DNA from: Octopus sinensis
Lineage: Eukaryota
Direction of reading: 5' to 3'
NCBI RefSeq assembly: GCF_006345805.1
Contig: NC_043026.1
Span: 7,936,001-8,000,000, forward strand
Length of the DNA stretch: 64,000 nt
Shown piece by piece: positions 56,001 to 64,000 of this stretch. The notes under the pieces are model-generated. The model had not been told where the DNA came from and did not search any database. It was given only the letters and a program-made list of their open reading frames with translations. Position 1 is the first letter of the stretch; each line of letters opens with the position of its first letter. The position numbers were made by a program, and so were the translations under genes.

Positions 56001-58133
56001 TAAAATGTCTAAATGTGATGGTTTATCACAATAACAAACAATTTCACATTCACCCATCTTACACTCCGACATAAGGCTGCCTTAATGATATACTTCTCAC
56101 TGTCTTTGATAGGTTTCCGATGACCCTTAATTGTTTCTGTAGGGGTAATGTGACCCCTATATGATTAGAATCCCATCGACATATCTGTGGCTGTAGACGG
56201 CAGAGATATCTGGACACTGTCTCCTTCCTGAGAATGTACAACAAGCAATCATGGATTGATGTCAGACACCACCAACTGTCCATTGGACAGATTACATATT
56301 TCGCCAATGACAAGTTTTTGGTCATTCTCCTTTTCTTTGAGTCGTAGATTAGATTTCTGATATAGGATTTTTAAGGGGTAAAAAAGGCAGGCAGACGACC
56401 GGTTCTTGATTCTTGTAAAGAAGAACCCTGTTGAGTTGAGTGTCCGGGACATAAAGAGTTCCTTGGAAAACAGCAATGTGAGGGTGAACAGGGAAAGGCA
56501 GTTCCCACTGCCATTTCATTTCTCCATATAGATCGTAACATCTGAGAATAGAGTTGTCTCCTGAAGAAGGACATAGAATAAACATTATCAGAGTAGATGT
56601 GATGAGGGTGGCCATAGAATGGAAGGTATTTTTGAAAAAGTTCTTCACCACATGTGGAATAAAATACCATTTTATTTTCGTTTCCATCTACGACTACAAA
56701 ATTAATTGGAGTTGCAGCAATGCTGACATTATGATGTCCCAGAGAAATTCTTTCTGCAATGTCAACTTTATCTTCGTTGATCAAGAGGATATGGACCTCA
56801 CTTTTGTTTTCAGTGGTGGTCACAGCCAGACACTTATTTGATACAATATGACATATTTTCTTGTAACCAGTTTGCACCTTTATTAAAGGGCCTCTTCTTA
56901 GTTCAGGACAGGTGATATACTGAAATCCTTTCTTTTCACGATAAAATACCAGGAATCTGTTTGCGTTTATTCTACAACAGAAAGAAGGAAGCTCAAGGAA
57001 AACTGAATTATTTTGGTTAATTATTTCCCCGTTATCAGTGAATAATTTAGCTTTCTTGTTTTTGTAAATTATTAATATAGAAGATGTAGACATAGGTAGA
57101 ATATTAAGTAATGTTGTAGCAATCCTCAATATCAATATAGTCTTTTAAACTGGGGGTATGTAGCTGGTGGTTGTATGACAGTTTGGGCAAAAGTCTTTAT
57201 TCATTTGAATACCATGTGGTTTGCCGCAATAATCTGTAACCAAAATGGTATCTTTACCAACAGAAATAGAGCGGCATTTCTGCCAATGTCCCTCCTTGTT
57301 ACACCACCTTTAGCTGAAATCCTATAAATTATTTGTCCCTCGAGGACATAGAAATAATTTTGGTACAGAGAGATTTTACTAGGGAGGTGCAGAGAATGGG
57401 TCTCTACCTCCCATAACTGTTGGCCATCCAGTTTGTAACAGATTACTCTGTTGATGCTGGCGAATGTAATTACAAGTATATTCTGGACCCCTACAGCAAT
57501 ATCTGTAGGGTTTCTTTGGTAATAAATTGATAGTTAATGGTATTATCCTCCCAATCAAATTGGTAAACTGTTTTACCAAACATTTCTACACCTAAGTGTA
57601 GAGTGTAGAATTTCCAAGTAACTCACCATATGTAACCCCAACTGTATCCTTTTGATCTTGAAGGTTTTGGGGCTGATAATAAGAATCATTTCTTGGAAGG
57701 GGAGGGTTGCCAGAACCATGTCTTCACTGATTCTTGTGAAACTGGTCACAGAAGATGGACAATGGACATCAATTCTGTCACTGTCTCTTGTTACTAAACT
57801 TATTATCTTGCAATGGTGGGAATATGTCATCACTCCCTCCTCTATAATGACAATATTGGATATTATTGGGATTTCTTCAAATTCTTCTCCAGATTCCTCA
57901 ATATCTGCTTCTCTAGTCACAACTGACTGAAGAGGCCGAAATTTTGTGATTATTTTTGGTGCTTCAATGGTTTTGTGTTTGTCTTGTAGAATATTTCTTT
58001 GTATATAGTGTTCCAGGAACAATTCTAGTTTTCCAAAAATTATAAATTCTTGATTGTAATCGTGTTTTTTAATGTCTTTCGTCAGAATTCCTATTCTCTG
58101 TGTAAAATGTTTTAGAAAAGTATTTTCATCCAT
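53034..58133 (-). pseudogene. Paralog of the 1798-aa multi-propeller gene, fragmented by many 1-2 bp indels (pseudogene or consensus errors)
   Basis: ORFs 57573-58133, 56371-57135, 56349-56687, 56059-56325, 54357-55808, 53782-54315, 53432-53878 and 53034-53630 tile colinearly onto 28099-33495 and end in SFAFFYFDK versus SFAFFYYDK. Confidence 0.9.
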
Positions 58134-58160
58134 TCCAGTTTTTTAAAAAAAAGTACATAT

Positions 58161-58260
58161 NNNNNNNNNNNNNNNNNNNNNNNNNNNNNNNNNNNNNNNN
58201 NNNNNNNNNNNNNNNNNNNNNNNNNNNNNNNNNNNNNNNNNNNNNNNNNNNNNNNNNNNN
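58161..58260. other. Assembly gap (100 N) immediately upstream of the paralog's ATG
   Basis: Run of n. Confidence 1.
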
Positions 58261-58265
58261 ATATG

Positions 58266-58297
<32 letters not shown>

Positions 58298-58682
58298 CAT
58301 GGCACTCCCTCAGTCACGACAATGAGGGTTTCAGCTGATCTGATCAACGGAACAGCCTGCTCATGAAATGAACGTGCAAGTGGCTGAACGCTCCACAGGC
58401 ATGTTTACCTCTAATGTAGTTCTCAGGGAGATACAGTGTGACAGGTTTGGCCCCTTGAAATACAGATACAACAGAAACAAGAAGAAAGAGTGAGAGAAAG
58501 TAACACAGCAGGGTTCACCACTACCCCCTGCCAGAGCCTCATGGAGCTTTAGGTGTTTCTGCTCAATAAACACTCACAACACCTTAACTGGGAATTGAAT
58601 CCATGATCTTCTGACCGTGAGTCTACTGCCCTAACCAGTAGGCCAGGAAAACGGACGCTAAACGATGATGATGATGATGATG

Positions 58683-58740
<58 letters not shown>

Positions 58741-58754
58741 ATACATATATATAT

Positions 58755-59580
58755 ATAACGGGAAGCTTTGTGAAAATAGACAAAAGACGAAGGCAGGTTT
58801 ACGGAAATAAACAAAAGACGAAGGCAGGTGGAATACAAACAAAGAATTGTATTAGTATGGCGCTCAGGAAATATAAATAAAACCAGTCTTTAACGTTTCG
58901 AGCCTACGCTCTTCAACAGAAAGATACACAGAGAAAAAAAACACAGAAAGAAGGAGAGAAAAAAATATGCGTGCAGAAGCTAGCGAATCAACATGGCGAT
59001 CTGATTTCGGCCAGAAGTCAAAGATCAAACATGAGACGCAAGAGCGAAATTAGGGGAGATAATAGGGTTGAAAGACCTCACTCTAACATAAGAGTGTGTG
59101 TGTGTGTATGTATGAGAAGGGTGTGTGTGTGTGTATGAGAGAGTATTAGTGCGTATGAGAGGTCTGAACGTGTGTATGTATATATAATGTGATGTGTAAA
59201 GTCGTATGGTGTAGTGTAGAGAGAAGAGGGGAGGGGGAGGTAAGGAGGGAGGGGGAAAGAAAGGGGAGAAGAGGAAGGGGGAGAAGGAAGAGGAGGGGGG
59301 AGAAAAGAGAAGGGGAGTAAGAGGGAGGGAGAAAGAAGGAAGAAGGGAATAGGAGTAGGGGTGAAAGGATGATGGACTGAAGAGAAGTAGGTGTCGGGGG
59401 GGGGAGAGTTGAGACCAAATGGCGTATAAGAGCGAAGAGAGAAGATTAATTCCTGTTCACGGCGCAAACGGGAATCCGGATGGCCTCTGTGTAAGGACAA
59501 ACCGAACACAGACAGGTGTTGCAAGGAGTGACCAGTGGAGCGGAAATGGCGTGAGACCGGTGTGGCGTTCGCAAGGCGGA
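58755..59580 (-). mobile_element. Penelope-like element 3' end: GIY-YIG C-terminus plus terminal repeat with a hammerhead-like motif
   Basis: HLSVFGL...RLRREQELIFSLRSYTPFGLN is a PLE endonuclease terminus; hammerhead-like fold at 58887-58924. Confidence 0.8.
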
Positions 59581-59640
59581 TGTCACATATCTATATCTAT
59601 ATATATTATATATATATATATAATATATATATATACACAC

Positions 59641-59680
<40 letters not shown>

Positions 59681-59769
59681 GTATATATATATATAAACAC
59701 ACATGTATGTATATACATATGTATACACACACTCACACATATATGCTATGTTGCTGTTTTATACGCTAG

Positions 59770-60115
59770 TCTGTGGCCATGCTGGGGCACTGCCTTCATT
59801 AATTTAAATAATCAAATTGACTGCAGTATTATTGTTTCCTTATTTGGACTGAAAGTCTGACAGTTATTCTATTGCTCTGGTTCGCCAAAATGCAAGGTTA
59901 CATGGACGTAAACAAACCAACACCTGCTTCCAAATAGTGCAAAGGAACAGACAAAAACTCATCAGCCTTCTTTTTAGTTTTAATTCAAAGAAATCCCTTC
60001 TTGAGGATTTGGTTGGTTTTGGGCTATAGTAGAAGACACTTGCCCAAGGTGCCACTTTGTGGGACTGAACCCAGCAACGTGCGGTTGGGAAATAAGCTTC
60101 TTACCAAGTAGCCAT
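59770..60115 (-). mobile_element. tRNA-derived SINE (family B), decayed
   Basis: GGCCATGCTGGGGCAC tail and CTATAGTAGAAGACACTTGCCCAAG head region. Confidence 0.75.
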
Positions 60116-60746
60116 TACTGGAAGCAGCCCAACACTGATTGGGATTCATGATCAAAAGCATTCCATCCATGACCGTCCCAAAATTTTACATCTATTTTGA
60201 ACTGCAGTATCTAAGGGGTCTTATGATATAAGACAAGGGTGTGATTAGCAGCAAAATTGGCTGCTATTTCTTGTGTGTTGATTTACCACGTACATAGCCC
60301 CTCATTAGCTGAGAGTGTATGTTCTGTTTTGCTGATAAGAGAAGACTTTGGTCAACATTGTTAATCTAATCTGCTAAAAACAACAAAGAGAGAAGAGCAG
60401 TTTATCTGGAGATTATGTCATGCGTTGGTAACATTCCTCGTGTGTTGTAAGGTTGCTTAGAGAGTGAGTTGGCGAGGGTGGGCATGGATGGCCCCATTGT
60501 CATTGCTTAACACAGGACGTAATGGAAACAAAGTCATTCCAAAGAACATATTTCAATATCTGAAGTGGTATTTAAAGTGGTGTGTGTCACGTGGAGAGGT
60601 GTCTGATTAACAAGTGCAAGAAAACTATGTGTGTGTATGTGTGTGTACATGTGAATGCATATATGTGGGTATATATATGTGTATGTATAGATAGATATAT
60701 ATATGTGTGTGTGTGTATATATATACACACGCGCGCACACACACAA

Positions 60747-60793
<47 letters not shown>

Positions 60794-60836
60794 ATATATC
60801 CATATATAGATAGATGTCTGTGTGTATATATTTGAA

Positions 60837-61175
60837 GGTGCATGGCTCAGTGATTAGAGTGTTGAGCTTACGATCGTGAGGTTGTGAGCTCAAATCCTGG
60901 ATTGGGCTGCATGTTGTGTTCTTGAGCAAGGCACTTTATTTCACGTTGCTCCATTCACTCAGCCTTAGAAATGAGTTGCAGTGTCACAGGTGGCAATCTG
61001 TATTGGGCCCCTTTGCCTTTCCCTTGGATAACACTGGTGGTGTAGAGTGGGGAGGCTGGTATGCATGGGCGACTGCTGATCTTCCATAAACAACCTTGCC
61101 CAGACTTGTACCTGGGAGGGTAACTTTCTAGGTGCAATCCCATGGTCAGTGTCGTGACTGAAGGGGGTCTCTCAG
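60837..61175 (+). mobile_element. tRNA-derived SINE (family C)
   Basis: ATGGCTCAGTGATTAGAGTG...GTGTTCTTGAGCAAGGCAC...GACTGAAGGGGGTCT, homologous to 49745-50080. Confidence 0.85.
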
Positions 61176-61204
61176 ATATATATATGCATGTACCTAAAGG
61201 GATT

Positions 61205-62555
61205 CGTGATTTGTCTGACTTCTATTTACTAAGATTTTGCTAGGTTAACTCTAAGGCCCTTCTATTCTAGACCTTGCTTCCATACCTGAAACTTTTTCTC
61301 TAGTTCTGGAAGTGATTCATCTATTATAGCAAAGACATCAGCTTAGAGGAGCTCCCAGGCGCAGTCTGTCATACATTCCTCTGTTATTGCCTGGAGAACT
61401 ATGATGAACAAGAGGGTGCAGGGAACCGATCCTTGGTGAATACCTACTTATACCCTGAATTCTTCACTGTACTCCTTGCCAACGATCACCTTGCTGATTG
61501 CGTCCCTGTGCACTGCTTGAATGGCTCACCAACAACTCGTCTAACCCTAGTTTCAGCATTGACGACCAGATAAGGGATCGGGGGCCCCTGTCAAAGGCTT
61601 TCTCCAAGTCAACAAAAGCCAAATACAGAGGTTTATTTTTGGTTACATATTTCTCTTTGTTGTGGAGATCACTAGCATCTAAATCTGTCCAATAGAATCG
61701 AATGGATAGTTGTAGAACCCTCTAGAATATTCTATTGCACAGATTTAGATGCTAGAACTCTCCATAACACTCCTGAAGCTGCCCTTCCAGAAATATAGCA
61801 TCAGTGGTGCTTCTCCCTGGCACCACAAAACCAAAGTGCATCTCTTCTAGACTAACTCTCTCCCTAATTAGTTTGGTTAGGACCCTCTCTGCAACTTTCA
61901 TCATTTGATTCAACAATTTGATACCTCTGCAATTATTCCTATCTAAAGCATCACCTTCCCATTTGTAGCAGTTCACTATGGTGCTGCTACACCAGTCATT
62001 GGGTATGACTCCTTCGTGAACAACTTGATATGAGTGAGTAGACCATTACCCACACACGCCAAGATATTTTAAGGATCTCAGCAGTGATTCCTGATGGGCT
62101 GGGGCCTTTCCCTGTTTACATATTCTTAATTGCTTTCTCTATCAAGATACTGTCGCTTTGGATAGCTGGTCCCTCAGTTGGGTCAACATTTGGCAGAGTC
62201 TCCTCCCATTCATTCTCCACGTCCAGCAGTCTTTCATAATGGAATTTCTAAGCCTCTTTCCTTGCCAAATCATTAAATGCTAGTGAACCATCATCCATGT
62301 GGACACATTTCTCTCCTATGACATCACAAATCTCTCTCATACACTGTCTTGCATTCCAAAACACTTCAAGACTCTGGTTCTCATGTCGCTAAACATAGGC
62401 AAACTTCTTTTCTGCTTCTCTCTTGGCTAGATAGACCTGTCCCCTAGCTTTCCTTCTGGTTATCTGATACGGTTTCCTCCTACCCCCAATCTTCTTTGCT
62501 CTAATGGCCTTGTCAACAGCATTGTTCCTCTACCATGTCACCCTAGGTCTGGATG
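61205..62555 (-). mobile_element. Decayed RTE LINE RT fragment
   Basis: GDALDRNNCRGIKLL...MHFGFVVPGRSTTDAIF, homologous to 3975-5071. Confidence 0.85.
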
Positions 62556-62654
62556 GGACTTTGCACCAGCAGCAGATTTGGTACGTACATATGTAAACAT
62601 ATATATATATGTGTGTATGTATGTATATGTATATGTACAAATATATGTATGTAT

Positions 62655-63630
62655 GTGTATACGTGTGTGTATTAAATTACTGGACCAGCTTATAAATGTC
62701 CCTGCAAGAGCCGTAGCCCAGTTAATGAAGAAGACAGTTAACAATGAGTACAGCGAGATGAATTTAGTGTGCGAGTGCGAGTTCAATCCTGGGTCAGTCA
62801 TGAGACCTCTCTTATTTTTCATAGTCGTCAAGGCCATAACGGAGGAATTTAAAACTGGTTACCCATGGGAACTCCTCTATGATGAAGATCTTGTTCTTAC
62901 AGCTGAAACTTAGGAGAATTAATTTGAGAATTCCAAATGTGAAAACAAAACCAGGAATGAAAGGGTCTTAAAGTTAAGTTGGCAAAGACCCAAGTTCAAG
63001 TTAGCAGAAAAATAGGACAGTAATCCGTTTGGGTAAATGACCCTGTTCCATGTATAGACAAGGTGTAGGCAGAAATTGCTTACAATGTCCTCAGTGCAAA
63101 CCATGGACGCATAAGAGGTGTAGTGGTATGAGAGGAATGTAAAGAGAGAGAGAACAGAAGTTGTTTGTGGCAGATGTGCAGGAGCAATATGTAATAAGAG
63201 AACATGGGAAATAGATGTTGTGGAATACCTAGGAGGCTCCCTAGAAATAGTAGGCAGATTCTGTTATCTAGGTGAGCTAATTAACAGTGGAGGAGGATAG
63301 ACTGAAAGGATAGTTAGTGGAATAAGATGTGAGTGGAGAAAGCTTAGAGAACTTTTATGTAAGTTGGTAATGAAAGACTTTTCTCTCAGAGTGAAAGGTA
63401 GGTTGTACGATGCCTATATACAAACAGCAAAGCTACACAGTTGTGAAAGTTAAGTGTTGAATGCAGAAGATATAGAAAGAGAAGAAACTAGCATGCTCCA
63501 CTGGATGTGCAATACCAGGGTGCTTTTAGGACAAAGAAATGTGCTGAGAAAATTGGAGACATCGGATGTGGTGTACAAGATAGATGACTGCGCTGGCATG
63601 GTCATGTAAGGTGGACAGAGGTGGAGGAAA
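62655..63630 (+). mobile_element. Decayed RTE LINE fragment in the opposite orientation
   Basis: PGSVMRPLLF...AITEEFKTGYPWELLY; PHD remnant; FSLRVKGRLYDA. Confidence 0.8.
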
Positions 63631-63634
63631 TGGT

Positions 63635-64000
63635 CTGATGACATTTTGGCACCTTGGACTGGCAGGTTCTAAGGATCGAGGAGCTCATTCTGTGAACCAT
63701 ATTGACTTTAGTGTTGATGAGAACACTCCAGTCGAGACTGTTTCCAACAGCTACTCCTAAGTCTCTACTTTTGGATGCTGTGAGTAGTTCCTCTGATGGA
63801 AGAGAATATGGTCGGCTGAGGGCATTCTCTTTTGCAAACTGCACGTGTTCAGTTTGGTCTTCTTTGCTGCTTCAGTGTGTGAGACAGTTATGGTCGAGAT
63901 AATATGCTGAGGGTTGACCCCGTTCACATCCCTTGCATCAATATCAGTGGGATCGCTAAAGGCAGGACAGTATTGTTTCTGTAGTACTTGAGCCATGTCT
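63635..64000 (-). mobile_element. CR1-group LINE fragment
   Basis: AQVLQKQYCPAFS linker and KSRDLGVAV...INTKVNMVHRMSSSILRT post-RT motifs. Confidence 0.6.

Noticed and set aside
28099-58133. The two propeller copies as an allelic (haplotype) false duplication
   Set aside because: They lie in one gap-free contig with non-homologous flanks and interval, different N-termini and ~25% amino-acid divergence in propeller 4; still worth confirming with read depth

Overview
Repeat-rich, AT-rich eukaryotic DNA. It is very probably octopus/coleoid cephalopod, inferred from the tRNA-SINE, RTE and Penelope repeat landscape, the (TA)n/(CA)n load and CDICGKSF-type C2H2 fingers. There are two 100-N scaffold gaps (6937-7036, 58161-58260). 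Most of the window is satellite, micro/minisatellite and decayed mobile elements: RTE, CR1-group and Tx1/L1-like LINEs, Penelope-like elements, at least three tRNA-SINE families, a mariner fragment and several foldback/MITE-like inverted repeats. The host coding content is (i) an uninterrupted 1798-aa ORF (28099-33495, minus) that appears to be an N-terminal helical region plus about six tandem NHL-like beta-propeller domains, (ii) a same-strand paralog about 20 kb away (53034-58133) broken by many 1-2 bp indels, and (iii) a dead C2H2 zinc-finger fragment. The best 'new system' candidate is this paralog pair: propellers 1, 2, 3 and 5 are almost identical, while propellers 4 and 6 and the N-terminus are strongly diverged, a pattern like a diversifying intracellular recognition receptor. 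The second highlight is a SINE-U6 snRNA-SINE tripartite chimera bounded by a single 11-bp target-site duplication. Element boundaries were read by eye and are approximate. Domain and family assignments come from motif recognition, not database searches.
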